Shown here: one piece after another, positions 20,892-30,279 of the stretch
Layout of the letters: each line of letters starts with the position of its first letter
Position numbering within the stretch: position 1 is the first letter of the stretch
DNA from: Candidatus Sericytochromatia bacterium
GTDB taxonomy: Bacteria; Cyanobacteriota; Sericytochromatia; S15B-MN24; UBA4093
DNA: 64,000 bases
Direction of reading: 5' to 3'
NCBI GenBank assembly: GCA_036676985.1
Contig: JAKFBU010000076.1
Coordinates: forward strand, 1-64,000
Program-made: the position numbers and the translations under genes
The notes under the pieces: model-generated
Database searches by the model: none
Told to the model about the DNA's origin: nothing
Seen by the model: the letters and a program-made list of their open reading frames with translations, nothing else

Positions 20892-22523
20892 ATGACCTTC
20901 ACGTCCACCCCCTCCGAGCAGCAGCGCGTGGGCCAGGCGGGCCCCTTCAACGTCCTGGTCCTGGACCGGGTCGATCCGGCGGGCCTCGCCATCCTGGGGG
21001 ACATCGCCCAGGTCGATGCCCGGGACGCGGTCGCGCCCGACGAGCTCTTGCGGATCATCGGGAACTACGACGCGCTGATGGTCCGCTCGGCCACCAAGGT
21101 CACCCAGGAGGTGATCGAGGCGGGCACCCGCCTCAAGATCATCGGCCGGGCGGGCGTGGGCGTGGACAACATCGACGTGGGCGCCGCCACCAAGCGGGGC
21201 ATCATCGTCGTCAACTCGCCAGAGGGCAACACGGTGGCGGCCGCAGAGCATGCGATCGCCCTCATGTTCGCCCTCGCGCGCCACGTGCCCATGGCGGACG
21301 CCGCCATGAAGCAAGGCGAGTGGAAGCGCGAGCGCTACACCGGCCACGAGCTCTACCACAAGACGCTCGGCATCATCGGGCTCGGCAAGATCGGCAGCCG
21401 GGTCGCCAAGGTGGCCAATGCCGTCGGCATGCGCGTCCTCGGCTCGGATCCCTTCCTCACGCCCGAGCGGGCGCAGGAGCTGGGCGTCGAGCCCGTGGAC
21501 TTCGAGACCTTGATCGCCCAGAGCGACTTCATCACGCTGCACGTGCCCAAGACGGCCGAGACCAGCAAGCTCTTCAACGCCGAGGTGCTCGCCCGCTGCA
21601 AGCAGGGCGTGTGCCTCATCAACTGCGCCCGGGGCGGGGTCATCGACGAGGCGGCCTTGGCGGACGCCATCGAGAGCGGGCATGTGGCGGGGGCGGCCCT
21701 GGACGTCTTCGAGAAGGAGCCCCTGGGCGAGAGCCCGCTGCGGGGCTTGGGCGATCGCATCATCCTCACGCCGCACCTGGGCGCCTCCACCGAGGAGGCC
21801 CAGATCAAGGTGGCCGTGGACGTGGCCGAGCAGATCGTCAGCGTCCTCAAGGGCGAGGGGGCGCGGTCGGCCGTCAACATCCCCACCCTGCGTCCCGAGG
21901 TGGTGGAGCCGGTGCGGCCCTTCATGGGCCTGGCCGAGAAGCTCGGCAGCCTCGCCTCCCAGCTCCTGGACGGTCCCATCGAGCGGGTCGAGATCCTCTA
22001 CCACGGCGGACTGGCGGCGAAGAACGTGGAGCCCCTGACGGTGGCGGCCCTCAAGGGGGCGCTCTCGCACGCGGTGCCGGAGGGCGTGAACTACGTCAAC
22101 GCGCCCCTGGTGGCCAAGGAGCGGGGCGTCGAGGTTCGGGAGAGCCGTTCGAGCGAGTCCAAGGACTACGCGGACCTGATCGCGGTGGCGGTCATCGGCG
22201 GCGGTGGCTGGCACACGGTGGCGGGCACGGTCTTCGGCGAGGGCGACCCGCGGGTGGTGCGCATCGACGAGCATGCGTTCAACATGAGCCCGGCGGGCGA
22301 CGTCTTGATCGCGCCGCACCAGGACCGGCCGGGGGCCATCGGCACCATCGGGACGCTCTTGGGCGAGCTCGGGATCAACATCAACGGCTTCCAGCTGGGT
22401 CGAAAGTACAAGAAGGGCCCTGCGGTGATGGTGCTCAACGTGGACGACGCCATCTCGCCCGAGGCGATCAAGCGCATCTGTGCGCTGGAGGGGTTCCATG
22501 ACGTTCGGTTCGTGACGCTCTGA
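20892..22523 (+). CDS. serA: D-3-phosphoglycerate dehydrogenase (with ASB and ACT domains)
   Basis: VRSATKVT, GRAGVGVDNID, GLGKIG, INCARGG, TPHLGASTEEAQ, DRPGAIG. Confidence 0.96.
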   Translation: MTFTSTPSEQQRVGQAGPFNVLVLDRVDPAGLAILGDIAQVDARDAVAPDELLRIIGNYDALMVRSATKVTQEVIEAGTRLKIIGRAGVGVDNIDVGAATKRGIIVVNSPEGNTVAAAEHAIALMFALARHVPMADAAMKQGEWKRERYTGHELYHKTLGIIGLGKIGSRVAKVANAVGMRVLGSDPFLTPERAQELGVEPVDFETLIAQSDFITLHVPKTAETSKLFNAEVLARCKQGVCLINCARGGVIDEAALADAIESGHVAGAALDVFEKEPLGESPLRGLGDRIILTPHLGASTEEAQIKVAVDVAEQIVSVLKGEGARSAVNIPTLRPEVVEPVRPFMGLAEKLGSLASQLLDGPIERVEILYHGGLAAKNVEPLTVAALKGALSHAVPEGVNYVNAPLVAKERGVEVRESRSSESKDYADLIAVAVIGGGGWHTVAGTVFGEGDPRVVRIDEHAFNMSPAGDVLIAPHQDRPGAIGTIGTLLGELGININGFQLGRKYKKGPAVMVLNVDDAISPEAIKRICALEGFHDVRFVTL

Positions 22524-22662
22524 CCCCCCCTTCCCCCCCTGCTGCGCAAGGGGGGCACAAAGAGCCCGGCTGCGCCGGATTGTCGCCGCGAATCCCCCTG
22601 CAAGGCAGGGGGATTCGCCATGAAAAGCCCCCCTTGCCGAAGGCAGGGGGGGAAGGGGGGGT
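22524..22662. repeat. Inverted pair of C-run/G-run short repeats enclosing a further hairpin
   Basis: CCCCCCCTTCCCCCCCTGC..CAAGGGGGG at 22524 and its near reverse complement ending ~22662; inner GCGAATCCCCCTGC-aag-GCAGGGGGATTCGC. Confidence 0.8.
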
Positions 22663-22680
22663 GGTAACTCGGTCGGCGCT

Positions 22681-23481
22681 TCAGAGGATGATGGCGATGG
22701 GCAGCTTGCCGTTCTTCAGCGCGTCCTTGACCTTGTTCGCCTCGTCGTCCGCCAGGAGCAGATCCGCCCGGGTCGGGCCGAAGGCCCGCTTGGCCTTGAG
22801 CGACACCGGGCTCTCGCCCACGAAGGGCTTCGCCCCGTCCGGCACGTGGTAGTACGCGATGGGCGCATCCTCCGCCGTGAGCGCCTTGCCGCCCTGGTCG
22901 CGCACGCGGATCCGCAGCGCCGGCTGCGCCCCGGTGCCCCGGGCGTCGATCACGATCCCCGTCGGCTTGCCCTTGATGCTCTCGGTGGCCGCCGGCGTCG
23001 GGCCGAACACCACCCGCGCCAGGCTGGAGGGGCCGGCCAGGGGCAGCTCCAGCGTCACCTCCACCGAGCCGTCCGCCCAGTAGTGGGTGTCCACCGCGCG
23101 CGCCTCGCGCACCAGCTCGTTGATGCCGAGCCGCGTCTGGTCGTCCACGGCCGTCAGGTCCCGGACGAAGGCCGAGCCGTTGACCCGCAGCTGATCCAGG
23201 CTCTCCGAGAGCCGTCGGTAGCCGTCGGCAAACGCGGTCCGCTTGGCCATCAGGCGGCGCTGGGTGAGCGTGCCGCGCTCGGGCGCCATGCCGATGCCCT
23301 TGATGCGGAGCACGAACCGGCTCCAGTCGATGGAGAGCCCGTCGTCGTCCTTCTCGATGAGCGCGTTGCCCGCCACTTCCAGCGAGGTCGTCGCCGCCGC
23401 ACTGGCCGTCGCTTCCGCCGCATGGACGGGGCTCGAGATCAGCAGGGACAGGGCGAACAAGGGCGCGATCAAACGAAACAT
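22681..23481 (-). CDS. Exported protein, LPP20-like family
   Basis: Signal peptide MFRLIAPLFALSLL..VHAA; IDW..KGIG, AKRTA.ADGYRRL.E, TGIVIDARG motifs recalled from LPP20-domain proteins. Confidence 0.6.
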   Translation of the reverse strand: MFRLIAPLFALSLLISSPVHAAEATASAAATTSLEVAGNALIEKDDDGLSIDWSRFVLRIKGIGMAPERGTLTQRRLMAKRTAFADGYRRLSESLDQLRVNGSAFVRDLTAVDDQTRLGINELVREARAVDTHYWADGSVEVTLELPLAGPSSLARVVFGPTPAATESIKGKPTGIVIDARGTGAQPALRIRVRDQGGKALTAEDAPIAYYHVPDGAKPFVGESPVSLKAKRAFGPTRADLLLADDEANKVKDALKNGKLPIAIIL

Positions 23482-23644
23482 AGGCGAAATCTCCTTCCGG
23501 GGCGCCTCTTTTATACCACGTTCGGACGTCATTCTGACGCCGGGAGCGGCCTGACCATCATCCCGGGCCGCGGGCGTTTTTCCTTGCCTGGACAGGCGGG
23601 GGAGCCCCTGCTAGGATGAGCACCCAACTGAAGGAGGTGCTCGC

Positions 23645-24127
23645 ATGCCCGTTGTCGAAGACCGTCTCAAGACCCTAGGCATCACGTTGCCCACGCCCGC
23701 TCCGGCGGCCGGAAACTATGCGCCCGTGCTGGATGTCGAGGGCTGGATCTACATCTCCGGCCAGTTGCCGATGGTGGACGGAAAGGTCGTGAGCACCGGC
23801 AAGGTCGGCGGCGACGTTTCGGTCGAGGATGCGTATCAGGCGGCCCGCACCTGCGCCATCAACGCCCTGGCCCTGCTCTACCAGGCGATGGGCGCCCACG
23901 AAGGCGCCCTGGACGACGTCCAGATCGTCCGGGTGGGCGGCTTCGTCGCGAGCGCTCCCGGCTTCACCCAGCAGCCCAAGGTCATCAACGGGGCCTCGGA
24001 CCTCTTCTGCGAGGTCCTGGGCGATCGCGGTCGCCATGCCCGCGCGGCGGTCGGCGTGGCCGAGCTGCCCCTGGGCGCCTCGGTCGAGGTGGAGGTCGTC
24101 GCTCGACGGCTTGGCAAGTATGCCTAG
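23645..24127 (+). CDS. RidA/YjgF family protein
   Basis: ISGQLP, GKVG, INGASDL, GRHARAAVGVAELPLGASVEVE. Confidence 0.93.
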   Translation: MPVVEDRLKTLGITLPTPAPAAGNYAPVLDVEGWIYISGQLPMVDGKVVSTGKVGGDVSVEDAYQAARTCAINALALLYQAMGAHEGALDDVQIVRVGGFVASAPGFTQQPKVINGASDLFCEVLGDRGRHARAAVGVAELPLGASVEVEVVARRLGKYA

Positions 24128-25142
24128 CGTACTCTGTCTCGGGGAGGTCCTGTACGACTGGCACTGCCCCGAACAGGGGGCGACCCTCGCGCGCGCCACG
24201 ACCTTCGTCCGCACCCCCGGTGGGGCTCCCGCCAACGTGGCGGTCGGCCTGTCCAGGCTCGGCACTTCCACGGGGTTCCTGGGCCGCATCAGCACGGATC
24301 CCTGGGGGACCTCCCTGCTGGAGCTGCTCTCGTCCGAGCGGGTCGACGTCTCCCACGTGGTCCGGGACGATGGGGCTGGCACCCGCATGGCCTACGTGCT
24401 CCTCGACGAGCGCGGGGAGCGACACCTCGCGGCCTTCACGCACGGGGACTGCGCCGACGCGCGCCTGAATCACTCGGACGTACGGCCGGAGCAGTTCGAC
24501 GACGTGTGCATCCTCTACGCGGGCTCCCTGATGCAGGTCCATCCCGAGTCGGCCATGGCCGTCGATCGGGCCATGGGGCTCGCGCAGGAGGAGGGGGCGA
24601 TCGTCGTCTACGATCCCAACTACCGACCGGTGCTGTGGCCCACCCCGGAGGCCGCGCGCGAGGCCATCACCCATGCGGCCGAGCGGGCGGACATCCTCAA
24701 GGTCGGCGCCGAGGAGCTCGCCTTCCTGATGGGGGAGCCCGACCTCGAGCAGGCGGCGCGCATGGCCCAGGAGCGCTTCCTGCCGGCGCTCCTGGTCGTC
24801 ACGGACGGGCCGCGGGGCTGCTTTTACGTGCGGGATGCGGACGAGGGCCATGTCCCGAGCATCGACGTCGTGGCGGTGGATCCGACCGGAGCGGGGGACG
24901 CCTTCGTGGCCGGCCTGCTGTCGGGTCTGATCCCCGTCCTGCAGGAGGGCGACGGCCGGGAGGCGATCGCCACCATGGACGCCTCCGACCTGCGGCGCAT
25001 CCTGAGCCGGGCCAACGCCCTCGGGGCGCTGGTGGCGACGCGCACCGGGGCCATGACGGCGCTGCCCACCGCCGAGGAGCTCGAGGCGTGGGTGCATGCC
25101 CAGCCGAAGGGGGCGCTCAAGGACAGCCTGGGCTGGAGCTAG
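24120..25142 (+). CDS. PfkB family carbohydrate kinase (fructokinase-like)
   Basis: LGEVLYD, PGGAPANVAVGL, DPNYRP.LW, DPTGAGDAF; ATG overlaps the ridA 3' end. Confidence 0.92.
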   Translation: MPSVLCLGEVLYDWHCPEQGATLARATTFVRTPGGAPANVAVGLSRLGTSTGFLGRISTDPWGTSLLELLSSERVDVSHVVRDDGAGTRMAYVLLDERGERHLAAFTHGDCADARLNHSDVRPEQFDDVCILYAGSLMQVHPESAMAVDRAMGLAQEEGAIVVYDPNYRPVLWPTPEAAREAITHAAERADILKVGAEELAFLMGEPDLEQAARMAQERFLPALLVVTDGPRGCFYVRDADEGHVPSIDVVAVDPTGAGDAFVAGLLSGLIPVLQEGDGREAIATMDASDLRRILSRANALGALVATRTGAMTALPTAEELEAWVHAQPKGALKDSLGWS

Positions 25143-25149
25143 AGACAGT

Positions 25150-25183
25150 AAAATCGCCCCCTCCGCGGAGGGGGCGATTTTTT
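25150..25183. terminator. Bidirectional Rho-independent terminator
   Basis: AAAATCGCCCCCTCCGCGGAGGGGGCGATTTTTT palindrome between convergent genes. Confidence 0.85.
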
Positions 25184-25204
25184 CTTCCGGAGTCCCGACG
25201 GATC

Positions 25205-25234
25205 TACCCCCCCATTCCCCCCTGCTAGGGGGGA
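25205..25234. repeat. Short dispersed repeat (CTACCCCCCCATTCCCCCCTGCTAGGGGGG)
   Basis: Near-identical to the copy at 53671 and related to those at 22524 and 59001. Confidence 0.75.
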
Positions 25235-25274
25235 GGCTTTGTCAGGCCCCCCACGGGGGCCTGGAGGCCTCCGA

Positions 25275-26120
25275 TTAGAACATGTCGGTGGCGACGGGTA
25301 GGCGGACGAAGAAGTGGCTGCCGCGATCCGGCGTGCTGTCGACCGAGATGCTGCCGCCATGCAACTCGACCAGGCGCTTGACGATCGAGAGCCCGAGGCC
25401 CGAACCACCCGTGCGCTTCACACGCTGGTCGCGGATCTGGTAGTAGCGGTCGAAGACCCGCTCCAGGTGCTCGGCCTCCATGCCGATGCCGTTGTCGTAG
25501 ACCTCGAGCATCACGTGCTCGCCCGCGCGGCGCCCGTAGATCCCGACCTTGCCGCCCGACGGCGTGAACTTGCAGGCGTTGTCGAGCAGGTTGCAGAGCA
25601 CCTGGCCCAGGCGATCGGCGTCCGCGTAGATCTCGGGCAGGGGCAGGTCCATCCGGACCTCGATGTGCTGGCCCTTGGCGTCGAACAGGGGCTGCATGTG
25701 GCGGAGCGCCAGCTGCATGATGTCGGTAACCGAGACCATGTGGCGGTTGAGCGTGAACTCGTTGGCCTCCAGCTGGCTCCAGACGAGGAGGTCCGAGACG
25801 ATGCGGAGCATGCTCTCGCCGCCCTCGAGCATCTTGCGGACGCACTCGCGCTGACTCGGCGTCAGCGTGCCCAGCGTCTCCTCCTCGAGGATCGAGCCGA
25901 ACCCGATGATGTACGACAGGGGGGTCCGGAGCTCATGGCTGACGTTCGCGATCAGGTTGACCTTGAGCTGGTCCTGCTCCTCGAGCATGCGCTTGTCTTG
26001 GGTCAGGGCCTCGTTCTTGGCGAACAAGCGCTGCATGAGCACATGGTACTGCGGGTCGTCCGGGGTGAGGCGCGTGCTAAGGGCCGGGGTGACCTCACCC
26101 ATGGTGTGGATGTCTTCCAC
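25275..26120 (-). CDS. Cytoplasmic histidine kinase (coiled coil + HisKA + HATPase), no evident sensor domain
   Basis: VSHELRTPL, NLLDNACKF, DNGIGM, GGSGLGL; GTG start at 26120 after GGAGG. Confidence 0.9.
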   Translation of the reverse strand: MEDIHTMGEVTPALSTRLTPDDPQYHVLMQRLFAKNEALTQDKRMLEEQDQLKVNLIANVSHELRTPLSYIIGFGSILEEETLGTLTPSQRECVRKMLEGGESMLRIVSDLLVWSQLEANEFTLNRHMVSVTDIMQLALRHMQPLFDAKGQHIEVRMDLPLPEIYADADRLGQVLCNLLDNACKFTPSGGKVGIYGRRAGEHVMLEVYDNGIGMEAEHLERVFDRYYQIRDQRVKRTGGSGLGLSIVKRLVELHGGSISVDSTPDRGSHFFVRLPVATDMF

Positions 26121-26472
26121 GTAGGACCTCCAGGTGCGCTGGCAGAACACGCGACGAAACCAGGTAAGTGTAGCGTGCGGCCGCCGTCCGGCGGCAAGGG
26201 AACAGGTTCGTCGGGCGCTCTGATGCGGGTAAAAAAGGGCGCGGCTGGCCGCAAAGCGGTAACCGAGCAGGCCTTCTTCAGTATAGCCATGCGAGGTTGA
26301 TCTAACAAGATGTGGAGCTTTACGATTTGCAACGGAGTTTCGTTGCTGGTCGTGATCATTCTGCTCCACATGCTCCAAGGAGTTTCGGAGACACGCGGGG
26401 CGTATGTTAGCATGCAGTGGAGCTTTCACCGGTTCGGAACCCCGCCGATCCACGTCCCAAGGAGTTTTGCGC

Positions 26473-27462
26473 ATGAGCGAGCGATCGCTTCCTCTTTCCG
26501 CCACCGATCGTCAGGCCCTCGTCACCCGTCTCACGGCCCTGGGGTGGCGGATCGAGGAGCGGGCGGACTTCTCGGGCGTGCTCGCCACCGGCCAGACCCT
26601 CCGCTGCGTCGAGACGGTGGGCGACCACCTGGCGGAGAGCCTTCGGATCGATGCGGACGGTCGCCTCTACTACCGGGCCGGCTGGTTCGACGTGCTGCCC
26701 TTCGAGGCCATGCCGGACGTGACGGTCGATGCTCCGCGGCGTCCCGTCGGTGATGCGGCGCCCGCCGCCAAGCTCGCGCCCCATCCCGACTGGCGGGTGC
26801 TGGTGGCGCCCGCGGGCGATCCCGCAGGCCGCTACCACCTGGTGGACGTCGAGACGGTGCTCGGGGACGCCACGGATCTCGGGGAGCTCGTGGGCCAGTT
26901 GCGCGCGCTCGCTGCCGCCTACAACCCCGCGCCCGGGACCGTTCCCGCCGAGCAAGCCTCCTACTACCTGATGGCGCCCCAGCTGGTGGCCATCTTCCAG
27001 GAGAGCGTCGAGGACCAGGTGGCGGGCTGGGGGACCTACGAGGTCGTATCGGCCGATCAGGGGCCTGCCATGTGGCGTGCGACCGTCGAGCAGGCCGACA
27101 GCCGGGGCGATCGCTACCGCTACGACGTCATCCGCACCGCGGAGGGTGTCGCCGCCGAGATCCTGGGCAAGCGGGATCTGCTAGTGCACGACTGGATCTG
27201 GCGCTTCCCGATCGCCGAGCGGGACTGGACCGAGGAGGTGGACGGCAACGTCGTGAGCCTCCAGGTCTACCACGTGGACGGGCCCGTGGACGTGGTGGCG
27301 GGTCGCTTCTACGGCTGCGTGCGGCTGTCGACCATGAACGAGAACGGCTCGAGCGTCCACACCTATCACCCGACGGCCGGGCTCATCCTGAGCGAGTTCA
27401 CGGACGTCGAGGGCACGCCCGGGCGCCGGGAGCTCTTCGATCTGGTGCGCCGCATCCCCTGA
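26473..27462 (+). CDS. Hypothetical protein
   Basis: 329 aa, AAGGAG RBS, typical codon usage; C-terminal beta-rich V.V.AGRF...Y.P..GL pattern. Confidence 0.75.
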   Translation: MSERSLPLSATDRQALVTRLTALGWRIEERADFSGVLATGQTLRCVETVGDHLAESLRIDADGRLYYRAGWFDVLPFEAMPDVTVDAPRRPVGDAAPAAKLAPHPDWRVLVAPAGDPAGRYHLVDVETVLGDATDLGELVGQLRALAAAYNPAPGTVPAEQASYYLMAPQLVAIFQESVEDQVAGWGTYEVVSADQGPAMWRATVEQADSRGDRYRYDVIRTAEGVAAEILGKRDLLVHDWIWRFPIAERDWTEEVDGNVVSLQVYHVDGPVDVVAGRFYGCVRLSTMNENGSSVHTYHPTAGLILSEFTDVEGTPGRRELFDLVRRIP

Positions 27463-27492
27463 GTCGACTGCTAGGCCCCGGTCGGGGTCTCC

Positions 27493-29049
27493 CTAATCAG
27501 CGCTGGACAAGCTCGCCTCGCACTGCGCGACGGCCTGCCGCATGGCGGCGGCCGCCGCTTCTTTGGCCTTGGCGCGCGCGGGATCTCCGGGGTCCATGGC
27601 CAGATAGGCCCGGTGCAACGGGAGCACCGCTTCCATGTAACGCCTGCCGAGCTCTCCCTGCCGGGCCGCGGAGAGGAGCGGGACGCGCAGGGCCCGGATC
27701 TCGTCGAACGAGAGGTTGGGCGTGGCCACCCCGTTGATGAGGCGCCGGATCTGACCCTGGCCGAAGCGTGAGGCCAAGAAGAGCCAGGCGAAGTACGGGT
27801 CGAGCCCCTCGAAGCGCAGGATGTCGACGAAGCACCCCACATTCGCCCGCAGGGGCTCCGTGAGCACGGCCATCCGCCCCTTGCCGAGCGACCCCACTCC
27901 GGAGCGGGCGAAGAGCAGGTCTCCGGGCCTGGGCCGGCTGCGCGCAGGGTCGAAGATCGAGCCTGCGGCTACACGCCGGGCGTTGGTCAGGTCGATGCCC
28001 GACACGCCCAGCTCGCCCTGGTTCAGGAGCCAGACGTCACCGGGATCGGCCTCCGGTCGCCGTCCGGTGACGACGGGTCCGTAGGTGATGAACGAAAGGA
28101 ACTCCCCTAAAGGGCGGGTCTCCAGGCGATCGCCCAGCGCCAGGAGGGGGGCCGCATGCTCGGGACTCCAGTAGGACGGATCCCAGCGCTCGTCCTGGAG
28201 CCGGTCTGCGGGCACGAGGACGGCCGGCTCGCACGGCCGATCCATGAGGAAGGCCGCGGCCCGCTCGACCATGCCCTCCAAGTCGGCGGCCTGCCCCGCC
28301 CGGTCCATGAAGGTCGTGCCGGAACGGCCCTCCTTATGCAAGAGGAGCAGGACGGTGCGCGCGCTCGCCTTTTCCGTGCGGAACACGTTCGCCGGCAGGG
28401 AGAGGACGGCCCGGAGGGCGCAGCGCTCGGCGACCCAGTTTCGGACGTGCTGGAGCCTGCGGTTGGTGAGGAGGCCCTCGGGCAGTATCAGCGCGATCCA
28501 GCCGCCCGGCGCGCACAGCTGCACGCAGCGCTCCATGAACAGGCACTCGATGGGAAAGGTGGCGAGCTCGCGGAGGCGCTTGCGCCGCCCGTCCTGGCGG
28601 TAGATGGTGTAGGTCTCGAGGGCCGCGGCCAGCGCCCGGGATCCGGGACTATCGGGGTCGCGCAGCCCGTACAGCCCCTCGGAGCCGTAGGGCGGGTTGC
28701 CGATGACGACCTCGAAGTTCCGATCGAGCTCGGGATGGGGGCACAGGGCGTCCGCCGCGAGGAGGGTGAGGCCGGGATGGGCCGTGCTCAGGCGATCCCA
28801 CGTCTCCTGGAGGGCGGGATCCACATCGACGCCCCACATGGCATCGGCGGACAGTCCGCGCCGGAGGCCTTCGGTCAGGAACACGCCCTGTCCGACGGAG
28901 GGTTCGAGGATGGGGCCCGTGACCGCGGGTTGGCGCGATCGCCCTTCCGACTGGAAGAGCGCCACGAGCTCCCAGATCGCCCCGGCCAGGGCCGGGGGCG
29001 TGAAGAATTGCCCCAGTTGCTGCTTTTCGTGCCGGGTCTTCTGGATCAT
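27493..29049 (-). CDS. N6-adenine DNA methyltransferase with fused C-terminal specificity (HsdS TRD-like) domain
   Basis: GQFFTP, ILEPSVGQGVF, VIGNPPY, LILPEGLL; C-terminal ITYG..GDLLFARSG.GSLGK..P.FAWLFL.S.FGQ.QI..G...PNL. Confidence 0.88.
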   Translation of the reverse strand: MIQKTRHEKQQLGQFFTPPALAGAIWELVALFQSEGRSRQPAVTGPILEPSVGQGVFLTEGLRRGLSADAMWGVDVDPALQETWDRLSTAHPGLTLLAADALCPHPELDRNFEVVIGNPPYGSEGLYGLRDPDSPGSRALAAALETYTIYRQDGRRKRLRELATFPIECLFMERCVQLCAPGGWIALILPEGLLTNRRLQHVRNWVAERCALRAVLSLPANVFRTEKASARTVLLLLHKEGRSGTTFMDRAGQAADLEGMVERAAAFLMDRPCEPAVLVPADRLQDERWDPSYWSPEHAAPLLALGDRLETRPLGEFLSFITYGPVVTGRRPEADPGDVWLLNQGELGVSGIDLTNARRVAAGSIFDPARSRPRPGDLLFARSGVGSLGKGRMAVLTEPLRANVGCFVDILRFEGLDPYFAWLFLASRFGQGQIRRLINGVATPNLSFDEIRALRVPLLSAARQGELGRRYMEAVLPLHRAYLAMDPGDPARAKAKEAAAAAMRQAVAQCEASLSSAD

Positions 29050-29094
29050 GCGCCCTCCCCGCCCATGCTAGCGGTGGGGGAGCGATCGCTCAAG

Positions 29095-29415
29095 CTAGGA
29101 CTTGGCGGCGGGCAGGACGGCGAGCGCCTGACGCAGCGAGTAGAGGCACTGCTCGTACTCCTTGAGGGTGGCCTCGGTGCCGGGCAGGCGGCGCAACTCG
29201 ACCATGACATACTCGATCGCGCCGATGGACAAGGAGATGTGGCGATCCGTCAGGCCGACGTTCTTGAGCCGCTGCTCGAGCGTGCGCTCCACCTGTTGCT
29301 CGGTGGCCGGGGCCGCTCCGCGCGACTCGCGGTTGCCGCTCCAGCTCGAGCGGCGCATGTCACCCAACTCGAAGAGCGAGCGGATCGAGCGTTCCGTGTT
29401 GTCCTTCTGGTCCAT
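29095..29415 (-). CDS. Hypothetical helical protein
   Basis: 106 aa, GGAGG-type RBS, co-oriented with the methyltransferase. Confidence 0.65.
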   Translation of the reverse strand: MDQKDNTERSIRSLFELGDMRRSSWSGNRESRGAAPATEQQVERTLEQRLKNVGLTDRHISLSIGAIEYVMVELRRLPGTEATLKEYEQCLYSLRQALAVLPAAKS

Positions 29416-30010
29416 CCGTTCCTCCCTCCGGGGCGCAAGGGACGCCCCGCTCCGGGATCAAGGATAGCAGCGGATCTCGAACCGGGTGGTGGTACGGATC
29501 ACAGCGCCCGCTCGCGCGCCCGCTACCATAGGCAGGCGGCCGCTCCCGGACGTAGAAGTCGGCGCGCCATGGCGCGGCGAGGGCCGTTAGCACCGTTTCC
29601 TCGGCGGCCTCCTCGTCGCCTAGCTCTGCGAGCAGGTTCGCCTTGAGCCAGGCCCGGGTCATGGGCGGCAGCTCGACGCTCAGGGCCTCCAGCACCGAGA
29701 GCGCCTCGCGAGGGTGGTAGCGGCCCATCAGGGCGAGGCACCCTTCCACGATCTCCCAGTCGCCGCGTCGCTCGGCGCGGAAGACGGCCTCGTCCCACTC
29801 GATCAAGGCGGTGTCCGTCTGGTCCGACGCGCTCAAGGCGAGCGCGAGGGCGACCCGCTCGAGCAGGAGGTGGGGCCGGGCGCGCAGGCGCTGACGGCAC
29901 GCGGCCTCGACGAGGGACAGCCCCCCTTCCGACTCATGGGACCCGATCTGCTCCAGGATCGCCCTCAGACTCGCCGGAAGGGTGCTGGGTGAGGTATCCA
30001 CGGTGTGCAT
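29360..30010 (-). CDS. Hypothetical helical-repeat (TPR-like) protein
   Basis: AAGGAG RBS before ATG 30010; KANLLAELGDEEAAEE TPR-like segment; C-terminal tail looks less protein-like and overlaps the next gene. Confidence 0.6.
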   Translation of the reverse strand: MHTVDTSPSTLPASLRAILEQIGSHESEGGLSLVEAACRQRLRARPHLLLERVALALALSASDQTDTALIEWDEAVFRAERRGDWEIVEGCLALMGRYHPREALSVLEALSVELPPMTRAWLKANLLAELGDEEAAEETVLTALAAPWRADFYVRERPPAYGSGRASGRCDPYHHPVRDPLLSLIPERGVPCAPEGGTDGPEGQHGTLDPLALRVG

Positions 30011-30218
30011 GGCAACTCCTTGATTCAATAATGATATATCGTTATTTTATTAATCCTCCGTTAACCTGACAAGGGGGGGAGCGCCACGATCCGCGGGAGC
30101 GGCGGCCCAGGCCCCGATGACGTCACGGATGCGGCCAGGAAGACACCGCGCCGCGCGATGGGGTGCAAAGCGAGCCGGAAGGCGAGGATTAGCGGCGAAA
30201 GGGCGTGGAAAAATGCGA

Positions 30219-30224
30219 TATAAT
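30219..30224 (+). promoter_or_regulatory. Candidate sigma70 -10 box for folE
   Basis: Perfect TATAAT about 55 nt upstream of the folE start. Confidence 0.55.
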
Positions 30225-30279
30225 GTAGACGCTGTTCCCCTCTTGCGGCTGTGTAACCCTGGAAGAAAGCGAGGCCACC

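Noticed and set aside
26003-26413. 136-aa minus-strand ORF and the long N-terminal extension of the 25275 kinase ORF
   Set aside because: Atypical codon usage over a promoter-like region; the kinase has a good RBS at the GTG at 26120
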